A stretch of DNA of 64,000 nucleotides from an uncultured virus (IMG/VR IMGVR_UViG_3300033170_000477) (Duplodnaviria; Heunggongvirae; Uroviricota; Caudoviricetes), in IMG/VR virus record IMGVR_UViG_3300033170_000477; one strand, written 5' to 3'. The stretch's first letter is position 1; every line of letters starts with the position of its first letter. Of the stretch, positions 19,395 to 29,969 are shown piece by piece. The notes beneath the pieces were generated by a model that did no database searches, was not told the origin of the DNA, and saw nothing but the letters and a program-made list of their open reading frames with translations. A program made the translations under genes and the position numbers.

Positions 19395-19997
19395 ATGGCT
19401 ACAATTGGTCTTGATAGACTTTATTATGCAAAAATCACCGAGGATGCAAGCGGTGATGAGACTTATGAAACCCCGGTGCCCTTGGCAAAAGCCATCAGTG
19501 CAGAGCTTTCAGTGGAACTTGCTGAAGCAACGCTTTATGCCGATGATGGTGCGGCTGAAATCATTAAAGAGTTTAGAAGCGGCACATTAGCGCTTGGTAT
19601 TGATGATATTGGAGTGACTGCTGCAGGAGATCTTACAGGAGCAACCATTGATGACAATCATGTGCTTATTTCAACCAGTGAAGATGGCGGTGACCCTGTT
19701 GCGGTAGGCTTTAGGGCTAAAAAAGCAAACGGAAAGTATCGTTATTTTTGGCTGTATCGTGTCAAGTTTGGTATCCCAGCCACTAATCTGGCTACTAAAG
19801 GCGATAGTATTACCTTCTCAACTCCAACCATTGAAGGGACAGTGCTACGCAGGAACAAATTGGATGGTCAGGGCAGACATCCTTGGAAAGCAGAAGTTAA
19901 CGAGGGTGATGAAGGAGTCACACAATCAATTATTACCGAATGGTACAACGAAGTATATGAACCTACATTTGCCGCCTCTGGTGGCACTGAAGAATAG
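19395..19997 (+). CDS. Major tail protein (phi13-like)
   Basis: IGLDRLYYAKI, LYADDG, YRYFWLYRVKF. Confidence 0.88.
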   Translation: MATIGLDRLYYAKITEDASGDETYETPVPLAKAISAELSVELAEATLYADDGAAEIIKEFRSGTLALGIDDIGVTAAGDLTGATIDDNHVLISTSEDGGDPVAVGFRAKKANGKYRYFWLYRVKFGIPATNLATKGDSITFSTPTIEGTVLRRNKLDGQGRHPWKAEVNEGDEGVTQSIITEWYNEVYEPTFAASGGTEE

Positions 19998-20008
19998 GAG
20001 GATGTTCC

Positions 20009-20392
20009 ATGGATAACGAACGCAGCGCAAAGATTACTATCAGTGGTCAGGAGTATGAACTTATTTTAACGACTAAGGCTACAAAAGAAATTGCAGGAAG
20101 ATATGGTGGGCTTGAAAACCTGGGTGAAAAGCTTATGAAATCAGAAAACTTCGAGATGGCACTGGATGAGATTGTGTGGCTGATTACATTAATGGCCAAT
20201 CAAAGTTTGCTTATTTATAACCTGCGAAATCCGAATGATAAGAAGAATCTTCTCACGCAAGAGGAGATTGAACTTCTTACTTCACCTTTGGAGCTTGCCA
20301 CATATAAAAACGCACTGATGGAAGCGATGTTTAAAGGGACGAAACGAAATATCACATCGGAAGATGACTCAAAAAACGCACAAACCGGGTAA
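20009..20392 (+). CDS. Tail assembly chaperone (gpG-like)
   Basis: Between major tail and tape measure; slippery A-AAA-AAC near its end. Confidence 0.8.
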   Translation: MDNERSAKITISGQEYELILTTKATKEIAGRYGGLENLGEKLMKSENFEMALDEIVWLITLMANQSLLIYNLRNPNDKKNLLTQEEIELLTSPLELATYKNALMEAMFKGTKRNITSEDDSKNAQTG

Positions 20393-20580
20393 ATGAGGAG
20401 GAGCTCTTTACCCGGCTTTTATATTACGGAACAGTCCATTTAAATCGTACTGAAGAGGAAACATGGCTAACACCTCTTGGGCTTTTAATGGATTTATGGG
20501 AATGTCACAAACAGTTCCTTGGACTAAGCAAGCAAAAAAGGGAGATTTCCATAGATGATGTTATTCCCTATGGTATTTGA
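20378..20580 (+). CDS. Tail assembly chaperone -1 frameshift extension (gpT-like)
   Basis: Open -1 frame RTNRVNEEELFTRLLYYG...IDDVIPYGI* without its own start/RBS. Confidence 0.75.
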
Positions 20581-20599
20581 TTTTTAAAGGAAGGAGGCG

Positions 20600-22891
20600 G
20601 TGATTTTGGCAGATAACTTTGGGCTCAAAATTGGTGTTGAGGGCGAGAAGGAATTTAAAAGTGCACTTCGTGACATCAATCAGACATTTAAGGTTCTGGG
20701 ATCTGAGATGAAACTGGTATCCTCACAGTTTGATAAGCAGGATAAATCTGTCCAGGCCTTAACAGCAAGAAATGAAGTTTTAAATAAGGAAATAGATGCA
20801 CAAAAGAATAAAATCGGTACTTTGGAAGCTGCCCTTAAAAATGCCGCTGAATCCTTTGGTGAAAATGATAAGAGAACGCAGGCTTGGCAAATCCAGCTTA
20901 ATAATGCCAACGCTGATTTAAATAAGATGGAACGGGAGCTTGGTGAAAATAACAAAGCACTAAATGAAGCCAGTGAAGGTTTTGATGAAGCAGGAAATGA
21001 AGCGGACGATTTTGGTGATGAGATAAAAAAGAGTGCCAACGTTGCAGATGATGCGGGAGGAAAATTTGAGAAACTAGGCAGTATTGTCAAAGGCATCGGT
21101 GTGGCAATCGGAGCGGCTATGGCCGCCATTGGAACTGCCGCCGTTGCCGCCGGTAAAAAGCTTTATGACATGGCTAATGATGCTGCCGCAGCTGGAGATG
21201 AGATTGATAAAGCAAGTCAACGCATAGGACTTTCCAGAAAAGGCTATCAAGAGTGGGACTATGTGCTTTCGCAAAATGGTGCAAGCATATCTACTTTAGA
21301 AAATGGCATGAAAAAACTAAATAACACGGTTGATGATGCCATCAATGGAAGTACTTCTGCCACTGATAAATTCAGGCGATTAGGCATCTCGATGGAAGAT
21401 CTCCAAGGGAAATCAAGAGAAGAAGTCTTTGAGATGACTGTGAGAGGGCTGCAGGGTATTGCTGATGAAGGCGAAAAAGCGGCCATTGCCAATGATCTCC
21501 TTGGAAACTCATCCGTGGAACTAGCAGCTCTTTTAAACCAAACGGCAGAGAGTACAGAAGACTTAAAGAACAAAGCCAGTGAGCTAGGGCTGGTGATGAG
21601 TGATAAATCCATCGATGCTGCAGTCGAGTATACCGATGCCATGGATAACCTTACCCGTTCTTTTACCGGTGTGAAAAATAATATCACTTCCCAACTCCTC
21701 CCCGGCTTTACCATGATCCTTGATGGTCTTACAGGGCTAATCACAGGACAAGAAGGTGCAGCGGAACAGTTAAAAGCTGGAGCCAAAGAAACAGTTGACC
21801 AGATAGCAGTAATTCTTCCCCAAATCTTAGATGTGGTCACTGGACTCATAGCTGCCATTGCAGAAGTTGCTCCTGAGCTAGTCATTGCTCTTGTTAACGG
21901 TATTTTGGATAATTTACCAACACTGATTGATGCAGCGACAAATATTATCATGACCATAGTGGGAGGTCTTATTGAGGCATTGCCACAGATAACTCAAGGG
22001 GCGCTTCAGTTGGTACTAACTTTAGTGGATGGAATCATTGCCAATCTCCCTGCCCTTGTTGAGGCGGCACTTGTGATGATTGTTACCCTTGCCACTGGCA
22101 TTGGTGAAGCACTGCCGGAACTAATTCCGTCCATCGTAGAAGCCGTGATTTTGATTGTAGAAACATTGATTAATAATCTTGATTTGGTCCTAGAAGCGGC
22201 TTTCCAAATTATCAGTGGTTTGGCACAAGGTATCTTAAATGCACTGCCTACCTTAATTGAGGCTTTACCGCAAATTATTAGTAGCATTATTACTTTTATC
22301 ACCACAAATCTACCTAAGATTATTGAGATGGGTGTTCAGCTGACTATTCAGCTTGCGGCAGGATTAATTCGGGCTATTCCTCAGTTAGTGGCACAAATTC
22401 CTCAGATTATTACAGCAATAGTGACTGGTTTAGGAAAAGCCATACCGGCCATTATTGATGTGGGTAAAAACATCGCCAGAGGACTCTGGGATGGTATTGC
22501 CTCCATGGTGACTTGGCTTAAAAACAAAGTCAGTGACATGGTTGGTGGAATTGTCAAAGGAGTTAAGGGACTTTTAGGCATCCGATCTCCATCTCAAGTT
22601 TTCGCAGGTATTGGTGAAAACATGGGTGAAGGTATCGGTGTAGGCTTTGAGAAGGCCATGGATGATGTTAGTGAAGATATGCAAAAGGTCATCCCCACAG
22701 ATTTTAATTTAGACTCCGATGTAAATGTAAATGGTGGTGCAGGTGGCGGATATGGAATGCTTGGCGGCTCTTTAATTACCATTCAGCAGATGATTGTACG
22801 CAGTGAAGATGATATTCGAAAGATATCACAAGAACTCTACAATTTAATGCAGACCGGTTCTCGAGCACAGGGACGATTTATTACAACGTAG
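20600..22891 (+). CDS. Tail tape measure protein
   Basis: Long Ala/Gly/Ile-rich helical repeats; GIRSPSQVF near C-terminus. Confidence 0.9.
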   Translation: MILADNFGLKIGVEGEKEFKSALRDINQTFKVLGSEMKLVSSQFDKQDKSVQALTARNEVLNKEIDAQKNKIGTLEAALKNAAESFGENDKRTQAWQIQLNNANADLNKMERELGENNKALNEASEGFDEAGNEADDFGDEIKKSANVADDAGGKFEKLGSIVKGIGVAIGAAMAAIGTAAVAAGKKLYDMANDAAAAGDEIDKASQRIGLSRKGYQEWDYVLSQNGASISTLENGMKKLNNTVDDAINGSTSATDKFRRLGISMEDLQGKSREEVFEMTVRGLQGIADEGEKAAIANDLLGNSSVELAALLNQTAESTEDLKNKASELGLVMSDKSIDAAVEYTDAMDNLTRSFTGVKNNITSQLLPGFTMILDGLTGLITGQEGAAEQLKAGAKETVDQIAVILPQILDVVTGLIAAIAEVAPELVIALVNGILDNLPTLIDAATNIIMTIVGGLIEALPQITQGALQLVLTLVDGIIANLPALVEAALVMIVTLATGIGEALPELIPSIVEAVILIVETLINNLDLVLEAAFQIISGLAQGILNALPTLIEALPQIISSIITFITTNLPKIIEMGVQLTIQLAAGLIRAIPQLVAQIPQIITAIVTGLGKAIPAIIDVGKNIARGLWDGIASMVTWLKNKVSDMVGGIVKGVKGLLGIRSPSQVFAGIGENMGEGIGVGFEKAMDDVSEDMQKVIPTDFNLDSDVNVNGGAGGGYGMLGGSLITIQQMIVRSEDDIRKISQELYNLMQTGSRAQGRFITT

Positions 22892-22904
22892 AGGAGGGCG
22901 ATGT

Positions 22905-23678
22905 ATGGGATTTATTTATAACGGCATTAGTTCAAAGAACATGAAGATAAAAGCAAGACTCACAAGCTGGCAGGCATCGCCCGCTCTTAGAAACTCCTAT
23001 GAAATGGTGCCGGGGAAAGCGGGTGTTGCTGATTTTGGTTGTGATAGCTCAGAGCGAATCATCATCGTTAATTGTAATGTATACCCACAAAAAAGTTTTG
23101 CTGAGCTAGTAGAAGTATTGGATGGGTTAGCTGAATGGTTAAACCCCATGAATGGTTTGAAGCAACTTGTATTGGATGATATTCCGGATCGTTACTTTTA
23201 TGCCCGTCTTACTGAGCAGGTGGATTGTGAGAGGCTACTTAGAACGGCAGGGGCATTTGATCTTAAGTTTATCTGCCCAGATCCTCATGCTTATGCTCTG
23301 ATTGATGAGCAATTTACAATTTCTAGTGAAGGCAACCATGATATTGAAAGATTAACCGGAAATGCTGACTCAGAACCCGTTTATCAACTAAAGGGTACAA
23401 TTAACAGTTCATCCTCCACCTATATCTCGATTACAACAAATGGTGAAGAATTACGAGTTGTTGGAGCTTTAACCGCAGATGAAGTTCTTGTCATTGACAG
23501 TGGACTAGTGACAGCCAAAATAACGGATACAAACGGAAACACATTGAGAAATGGTTTACCAGGCTTGGATGAGCTGAATTTTCCTGTTCTTCATAAGGGA
23601 GATAATGAAATAGCAATCACTGTGGCGGGAGCAACATTTTTTGAATTAAGGATTCTGGCTAAGAGCAGATGGAGGTGA
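22905..23678 (+). CDS. Distal tail protein (Dit)
   Basis: MGFIYNGISS, F.CPDPHAY; follows tape measure. Confidence 0.8.
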   Translation: MGFIYNGISSKNMKIKARLTSWQASPALRNSYEMVPGKAGVADFGCDSSERIIIVNCNVYPQKSFAELVEVLDGLAEWLNPMNGLKQLVLDDIPDRYFYARLTEQVDCERLLRTAGAFDLKFICPDPHAYALIDEQFTISSEGNHDIERLTGNADSEPVYQLKGTINSSSSTYISITTNGEELRVVGALTADEVLVIDSGLVTAKITDTNGNTLRNGLPGLDELNFPVLHKGDNEIAITVAGATFFELRILAKSRWR

Positions 23679-23682
23679 TAAG

Positions 23683-26205
23683 GTGGCCATTAAGTCGATT
23701 TTAACAGTGCAAACAGATTTTACAGGCGAGTTTCCAGTAAGTGCTCAGACCGCTGGACTTTGGCGATTTAATGAATCAGCACCAGATGGAAACACCATGC
23801 TTTTAGATGCGTCAGGCAATAACAGAAACTTCTTTGTATCCGGATGGTCAGGAACTTCAGCTAGTTTGGTCTTAGGTAGACTTGGAAGATTTTTCAGGCA
23901 AAACATTGTCAACCCTACAAGTGAAAGAACCCATTTAGTGGCTACCAATGACGGTAGTTTTTTTAGTGATTTAGGAGAAAAAATCGTAGTGGGTGGATGG
24001 ATTAACCCGACAACTTATTCTATTGGTCAAAATTTTATTCCCATCTTTAATACCAGACATGGACCAGGACAGCCGATTTTCTATGTTTCCTTATACCAAG
24101 GAAGATTAAGACTAATGCTTTACAATGCATCGGGTTCGCTGATTTATGATCAAACGGAAACACCAAGTATTACCCTTAGGAATAATGGTTGGTATTTTAT
24201 AGCGTCCATTATTGAAGTAAATAGCAAAAGAGTACAAAATTTGGTCTGTGACCGAAGTGATGGTGCTATTTGGCAATCGCCCATTAGAACTTTTACCGGA
24301 GATTTGAATCAAAATTGTGTTGCCAATATTGTCATGGGAATGCTGGCTGATACTTATTATTATGCTGGTGGATTTGATGATTGGTTTTATGAAAAGAATT
24401 CTGAGCTTACCATGGAGGAGCTTATTTCCTACTTCAAATCTTCTATCTTGGCAAACGGTGGTGACAGTACCGCTGATGTAGATGCTCTAACGGAGCCGGG
24501 TACTGTTATGCTGAAAGCAACAAGTGGTGTTTATGCTCAAAATGGTCAGCTTTATACAACCGCAGCTGCCTGTGGTCTTGCAGGAACAGGACGAGTATCA
24601 GTAACCAGCGAATACACAGCAGGGGTAACTGCTATCTCCCTTGTTGAAACCTCTACCTCTGATGATTTAGTCAGTTGGACACAGTGGCAGTCAGTGGGAC
24701 CCAGCGGAGAACTTCAGTCACCGAATAGAGCTTATATTCGTTATCGAATTACTTTGACCACTCAAGATATAACGAGAACACCTAAGCTTATAGAAATACA
24801 GCTTCATGATATTCCGAAACCACCTTATGAGAGGCTCGGATTTGCAAGACCCGTTGTTTTGGATACCAACGGTGCGTGGGAAGCGGTGTTAGAAAATGCC
24901 TTTGACATCATTGTAACCAGTGAGGTAAACGGTGCTGATATCTTGGAGTTTAAGTTGCCATTTCATGATTCCAAGCGAGAGTCCCTAGATAATGAGAAAC
25001 AGGTGCAGATTGTAAATGATGTGTACCGAATTCGAACCACGACAGATGAGAAAACTTCTGATGGTCGAGTGATTACACAAGTGTATGCGGAAGCTGCCTT
25101 TTATGATCTTTCATTCAGCGCGGCAAAAGAGCCGATGGATTTTGTCGCTGAAACACCAGAGGCTCCTATACATTATGCCCTGCTTGGTACAGGGTGGGCT
25201 TTAGGGAACGTAACGGTAAGTACAAGGAGAACATGGCAATCTACCGAGAAAAACGCGCTATCAATTCTTCGAGCCACACAGAACATTCATGGTGGAGATT
25301 TAATATTTGATAGTGCCAATAGGTTGGTGCATCTTTTGACATTTGGTGGTACAGACAGTGGAGCCTTGTTTTGCTATAGAAAAAACATGAAAAGCATTCA
25401 AAGGGTAGTAGATACAAGAAGCTTAATTACTCGACTTTATGCGTATGGAAAAGATGGGATGACATTTGCCTCTATCAATGGCAATAAAGAATATGTGGAG
25501 GACTACAGTTACTCATCAGAAGTAAGAGTGGCAACCCTTGATGCCTCATCCTTTAGCAATCCTTATCAGATGCTCGAGTTTGCTAATATGCGATTAGCAC
25601 AGTATTCAAGGCCTAGAATTTCCTATGTTCTTTCAGCTATGGATTTATCTGTGCTGACGGGATATGAACATGAAGCTTGGAATCTTGGAGATATCGTTAC
25701 CGTGGATGATAAAGACTTAAATCTGTCAGTAAAAACTCGTGTGGTGCGCAGGCAGTACAATCTACAAGAACCATGGAAAACAGTACTGGAGCTATCCACC
25801 ACCTTAAGAGAATTAGGGGATGCATCTGCTGGGTGGGATAAAGCTGCCGATATTTTATCCTCAGCCGATGTCCTTGACAGGCAGGAAGTAAAAGATTTAG
25901 TCCCCTTTAACCATCTAAGAAATTCAAGAGCCGATGACGGGATCACCTACTGGCTCAATTCAGGGTTTGATGTTGATCCAAACAATGGTGTCTCAGGAGA
26001 TGCTTCCTTTAAAGCTGATGGGGTTTTAGGCATGACAAAAAGTCTATCTCAAACTATCTATCCAGCAAGTAGGAGGAGTTACACATTCTCAGCTCAGATT
26101 GCATCAGAGAATCTTCAAAAAGGCCCTAATGGGCAAGTCGGCATTGAAGTTATGATTGAATACGAGGATGGTACAACCGAAACAAGGTTTATTGATCTCT
26201 TTTAG
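23683..26205 (+). CDS. Tail spike/Tal-like protein with N-terminal LamG-like domain
   Basis: GLWRFNE..DASGNN; YRKNMKSIQR..ITRLYAYGKDG; LGDIVTV. Confidence 0.75.
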   Translation: MAIKSILTVQTDFTGEFPVSAQTAGLWRFNESAPDGNTMLLDASGNNRNFFVSGWSGTSASLVLGRLGRFFRQNIVNPTSERTHLVATNDGSFFSDLGEKIVVGGWINPTTYSIGQNFIPIFNTRHGPGQPIFYVSLYQGRLRLMLYNASGSLIYDQTETPSITLRNNGWYFIASIIEVNSKRVQNLVCDRSDGAIWQSPIRTFTGDLNQNCVANIVMGMLADTYYYAGGFDDWFYEKNSELTMEELISYFKSSILANGGDSTADVDALTEPGTVMLKATSGVYAQNGQLYTTAAACGLAGTGRVSVTSEYTAGVTAISLVETSTSDDLVSWTQWQSVGPSGELQSPNRAYIRYRITLTTQDITRTPKLIEIQLHDIPKPPYERLGFARPVVLDTNGAWEAVLENAFDIIVTSEVNGADILEFKLPFHDSKRESLDNEKQVQIVNDVYRIRTTTDEKTSDGRVITQVYAEAAFYDLSFSAAKEPMDFVAETPEAPIHYALLGTGWALGNVTVSTRRTWQSTEKNALSILRATQNIHGGDLIFDSANRLVHLLTFGGTDSGALFCYRKNMKSIQRVVDTRSLITRLYAYGKDGMTFASINGNKEYVEDYSYSSEVRVATLDASSFSNPYQMLEFANMRLAQYSRPRISYVLSAMDLSVLTGYEHEAWNLGDIVTVDDKDLNLSVKTRVVRRQYNLQEPWKTVLELSTTLRELGDASAGWDKAADILSSADVLDRQEVKDLVPFNHLRNSRADDGITYWLNSGFDVDPNNGVSGDASFKADGVLGMTKSLSQTIYPASRRSYTFSAQIASENLQKGPNGQVGIEVMIEYEDGTTETRFIDLF

Positions 26206-26219
26206 GAAGGAGTGGTGCT

Positions 26220-26414
26220 ATGGCTTATTTTTTCCATACAGCTCATGTCATCTCACCGCGAGGGTTTAGTAAGATAAAGGCTCTAACCATTCGTATATAT
26301 GTTTCTGATTGCACAGGCGCAGTGTTCTTTACTGATATGCTTTTACAAGGAGGCTCAATTGCTACAGGCTGGACTCCTCATGTATCAGAAATTAAATGGA
26401 CACTAGATGGGTAG
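26220..26414 (+). CDS. Small tail-associated protein
   Basis: RBS AAGGAG; FTDMLLQGG..ATGWTPH motif. Confidence 0.6.
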   Translation: MAYFFHTAHVISPRGFSKIKALTIRIYVSDCTGAVFFTDMLLQGGSIATGWTPHVSEIKWTLDG

Positions 26415-27005
26415 GTGGTGATATTGTCAGTTTCTTTTACTAGATTTGCAGAGACGATTCATTGCAAAGAAGAAAAGCGTGTTGTTAGCATAACGGTGGA
26501 ACTACTTTTAGAAGACTGCACCGGTACGGTTTATTTTACCGACATTCAAGCGCAAGAAGGAGACCGCTTGACGGGTTACACAATCAATACAGAAACCATG
26601 CTTCAGAAATTTAGGCAGAATAATAGCATTGTGCCTGTTCGTTTTTATAACGGAGTGGTTCGTAGTAGTGAAACAATCATTCTCTTTAATCTTGGTAAAA
26701 CCTCAGCTGGTCTTGATTGTCACATTTACCCGATACAGGGTATGCAAGCAGGAGGTATTGAGTTATCTCAAGGAGCTGGAGCACATAAGGTTAAGTTTAA
26801 AGATTCCATAAACCCAGGAGACACACTTTCTCTTTTAGCCTCTACCAAGCAGTGTTTGAAAAATGGGAGCCCTTCTGAAAAAGAGGGCTTTTTTCAATAC
26901 ACCGCAGCTAGTGATAGTAAGCATGTGGTGAAGTTAGAAGATAGAAAATCTGCCAGGGTATTATTCGAGTTTCAAGAAATGCAGGAAGGAAGTGAACGCC
27001 CATGA
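26415..27005 (+). CDS. Tail-associated hypothetical protein
   Basis: Coupled to the GH18 gene; N-terminus resembles the preceding ORF. Confidence 0.6.
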   Translation: MVILSVSFTRFAETIHCKEEKRVVSITVELLLEDCTGTVYFTDIQAQEGDRLTGYTINTETMLQKFRQNNSIVPVRFYNGVVRSSETIILFNLGKTSAGLDCHIYPIQGMQAGGIELSQGAGAHKVKFKDSINPGDTLSLLASTKQCLKNGSPSEKEGFFQYTAASDSKHVVKLEDRKSARVLFEFQEMQEGSERP

Positions 27006-29473
27006 GAGATTATTTAAAAGGAAAGCGGTGCATGGTTTGGAGTTTCATGGGCAATGCTCGTATGTACCAAGCCTTACGTGATTATGGTGATCGCTTGGAT
27101 ACCGTAGGGATTTTTACCTTTGAAGTAGATATTACCGGAACAATAACAGAAACAGGTACAAGCATCTCCAGCATGCTTACTTACATCAACCGATGGCCAC
27201 ATATCAAGTGGCTGCTTACCATCATGAATCATGGTACAGCATCCATTTTTACAGCCCTTAGAAATAATACAAACGGCGCGAAGGATAAATTCCTTACTGA
27301 GATTATTCGTATTATGAATAAATACCCTTGGTGCGCTGGAGTGGATATAGACTTAGAGCGTGGTGGTGGCTATGAAAATAAGGATGCGGCCAATGCTCTC
27401 TTTCAAGATATCTATAATACGGTTAAAGCATACAATCCATCTAAACTCGTGAATATTTGCTTACCCGGCATGACAGGGGTACAAGGCTCCGTAGGTGGAG
27501 AAAACTGGTGTGTTTATGAAGATTTAGATCCCTACTGCGATACAGCAGCAATTATGAGTTATGGCATGGCTTGGGCGGGTTCTGCACCGGGACCTGTATC
27601 CCCTAGGAATTGGCTGGAAGGGACTTATGATTATGCAGCTCGTGTTATGACTCCTGAAAAAGTGTTCTTTGGACTGCCTGCTTATGGTTGGAATTGGAGG
27701 ATACACGATTCTCCTGCGAATCTAGGCATTACCTATCGAGGAATTTCCAACACCTATTATGCAGCCCAAAACTGGATGACTGGAGTCTATAACTTCACAA
27801 ATGATGCTCCTCCCCAACCCCGTATTCCCATCATTGCGTATTGGGATGATTACGATAAGGTTCCTTGGGCTTTACCGCAGGTGTATGACTACATGGAAGG
27901 GTGGGATGCGATTTCAAGAACGTACCCGTTAATTGGAGAAACCTATAACAGGCGCAGATATTTGACAGCCTACAGTAAACAGCAAAGAACTGAGTTTGGC
28001 ACAATCTATGTAGACCGTACTGGAGGAAGTCCAGATAGCCATACTGGGAGCGTGTCCGTTTCTACTCAAATGGTGACCCTTGGAGAAGGAGGCGAAGCAG
28101 AATATGAATTTGAAATAGCTACTGCCGGTGTTTATGATGTTGCATTCCGTATCTCTTTTCCCTTTTGGGATAAGAATGGTATTCATGTTGCTTTGGATGG
28201 TGTAAGTTCTACTTTTAGTGAGAATAGACTATGGTGGCCATATTGGCGCACAACTTGCTGGTTTTCCTTGTCTTTGGGTGTATATCTTTCAGCCGGCACG
28301 CACACAATCAGCGTCAGTGCGCTAGTACCAGGTGTGCAGTTTTATGGATTTCGTGTATGCTCTAATTTCTCTGAGAGTCCTTCTGCAGGAGAGGCAGAAT
28401 TTATGTTATCACCACGAATGTTTAAAGATGTTAACGGAGTGATGTCTGAACCGGATCGAGGATTTAAGCTAACCACAGAGGTGCTACGTCGAAAAGCAGA
28501 CTCTGCACTAGTTTGGTATGAAGACTTTAGGGATGACAACCCCTTACCATCTAGTTATTGGACAGCTTTAAGTGGACAGTGGCAGGTGTGGAGAAATCCT
28601 AATCAAACAACTAGTCGTCCCTACTCACAGCTTGATGGATCAGGAGAGTTGGCATGGAATTACACAGGTTTTTCAGATGTTCATTTACGAGCAAGAATAG
28701 CATTTGCACCGGAAGGAAATGGCCGAGCGGGGGTATTTTGCGGGGATGTATTTTGCTGTCTTAATTTCAATACGCAACGCATCGAGCTTTATAAAGGTTC
28801 TTCCCTACTAGGTAGTACTGCCACTGAGATTATAAAAACAACAGAGGCAAATCTTCGTTCCAATCCAAGAATGTACACTATTGAAATGAGGATTAGAGGT
28901 AACTCGGTAAGGGTCTATTCAGGGGCAAGTAATACTCTTCGATTTACTGCAACCCTTAATGGGTTTTCAGGAGGTTATGCAGGGGTTCGTTCTGATGGTC
29001 GCATTCTTTGTGAACTATTAAGGTTGGGAGATGCTTGGGTCTATGAACCGTATGAAAGGTTTGATGTGATATTTCCAGGAGGAACGACCGTAGAGTATGG
29101 AAGGCTTTCAAGGACTGGTGTGACTTGGGATAATGAGTTTCAGGTATTCGCTGTAAATAGTGATGTGGAGGAGTCTTCAACAAGAAGCCAAGACATCTCC
29201 ATGGATTATGATTTCTTTCACTCAGGAGTCTTGCCACTTGTATGCGGAAATGATTATTCAGTAAAAGTCGTGCCTAAGGATATCAATGTTTGGATCTCTC
29301 GCCTATTTCTTGGAGATGCTGATGGTTTTTCAATTCTTTATTACCAGGACGTAGACAGCCTTGTTTATTGGGCAAATGAAGCAGCATATCGGTGGAAACT
29401 TAGAGGAATTGCCATTTGGTCTTTAGGACAGGAGGACATGAGATTATGGGAGGCACTGCCTAAACAAATATAA
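27002..29473 (+). CDS. GH18 glycosyl hydrolase with large inserted beta-rich domains
   Basis: GVDIDLE catalytic DxDxE; IMSYG; GLPAYGWNW; C-terminal GIAIWSLGQED. Confidence 0.82.
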   Translation: MRDYLKGKRCMVWSFMGNARMYQALRDYGDRLDTVGIFTFEVDITGTITETGTSISSMLTYINRWPHIKWLLTIMNHGTASIFTALRNNTNGAKDKFLTEIIRIMNKYPWCAGVDIDLERGGGYENKDAANALFQDIYNTVKAYNPSKLVNICLPGMTGVQGSVGGENWCVYEDLDPYCDTAAIMSYGMAWAGSAPGPVSPRNWLEGTYDYAARVMTPEKVFFGLPAYGWNWRIHDSPANLGITYRGISNTYYAAQNWMTGVYNFTNDAPPQPRIPIIAYWDDYDKVPWALPQVYDYMEGWDAISRTYPLIGETYNRRRYLTAYSKQQRTEFGTIYVDRTGGSPDSHTGSVSVSTQMVTLGEGGEAEYEFEIATAGVYDVAFRISFPFWDKNGIHVALDGVSSTFSENRLWWPYWRTTCWFSLSLGVYLSAGTHTISVSALVPGVQFYGFRVCSNFSESPSAGEAEFMLSPRMFKDVNGVMSEPDRGFKLTTEVLRRKADSALVWYEDFRDDNPLPSSYWTALSGQWQVWRNPNQTTSRPYSQLDGSGELAWNYTGFSDVHLRARIAFAPEGNGRAGVFCGDVFCCLNFNTQRIELYKGSSLLGSTATEIIKTTEANLRSNPRMYTIEMRIRGNSVRVYSGASNTLRFTATLNGFSGGYAGVRSDGRILCELLRLGDAWVYEPYERFDVIFPGGTTVEYGRLSRTGVTWDNEFQVFAVNSDVEESSTRSQDISMDYDFFHSGVLPLVCGNDYSVKVVPKDINVWISRLFLGDADGFSILYYQDVDSLVYWANEAAYRWKLRGIAIWSLGQEDMRLWEALPKQI

Positions 29474-29561
29474 ACGAATCAATTATAACGATCCAAGAGT
29501 GTTTGCGAAGATGCAGGCACTCTTTTTATATATGCAAAAAATCATGAAGGAGGTAAAAGTC

Positions 29562-29969
29562 ATGAAGGAAATTTGGAACTGGGTACAAGTGGCACTAACT
29601 GCATTAGGCGGATTCTTGGGATGGTTTTTAGGAGGGTTTGATGGGTTTTTATATGCATTAGTTACATTGATGGTGGCTGATTATATCACTGGTGTCATGT
29701 GCGCCATTGTTGATAAAAAACTATCCAGCGAAGTCGGTTTTCGAGGCATTTTTAAGAAGGTGCTTATTTTTGTAATGGTTGGAATCGGCCATATTATCGA
29801 CACGAACCTTATAGGAGACGGTAGCATGCTCCGAACCGCCATCATCTTTTTCTATTGCTCCAATGAAGGGGTTTCCATGTTGGAAAATGCAGGGCGCTTA
29901 GGATTACCGATACCAGAGAAATTAAAGGATATTCTTGCTCAGCTGCATAACAAAGGAGGAGAGCAATAA
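29562..29969 (+). CDS. Holin (phage_holin_4_1-like)
   Basis: DYITG, LSSEVGFRGIFKK, NEGVSMLEN..LGLPIP. Confidence 0.92.
   Translation: MKEIWNWVQVALTALGGFLGWFLGGFDGFLYALVTLMVADYITGVMCAIVDKKLSSEVGFRGIFKKVLIFVMVGIGHIIDTNLIGDGSMLRTAIIFFYCSNEGVSMLENAGRLGLPIPEKLKDILAQLHNKGGEQ

Noticed and set aside
20680..22782. Long minus-strand ORFs opposite the tape measure gene and similar shadows elsewhere
   Set aside because: Antisense shadows of strongly supported genes, with no recognisable motifs
26412..26417. TAG read-through fusing 26220-26414 with 26415-27005
   Set aside because: Same frame, but AGGTGGTG provides an RBS for an independent start at TTG 26424
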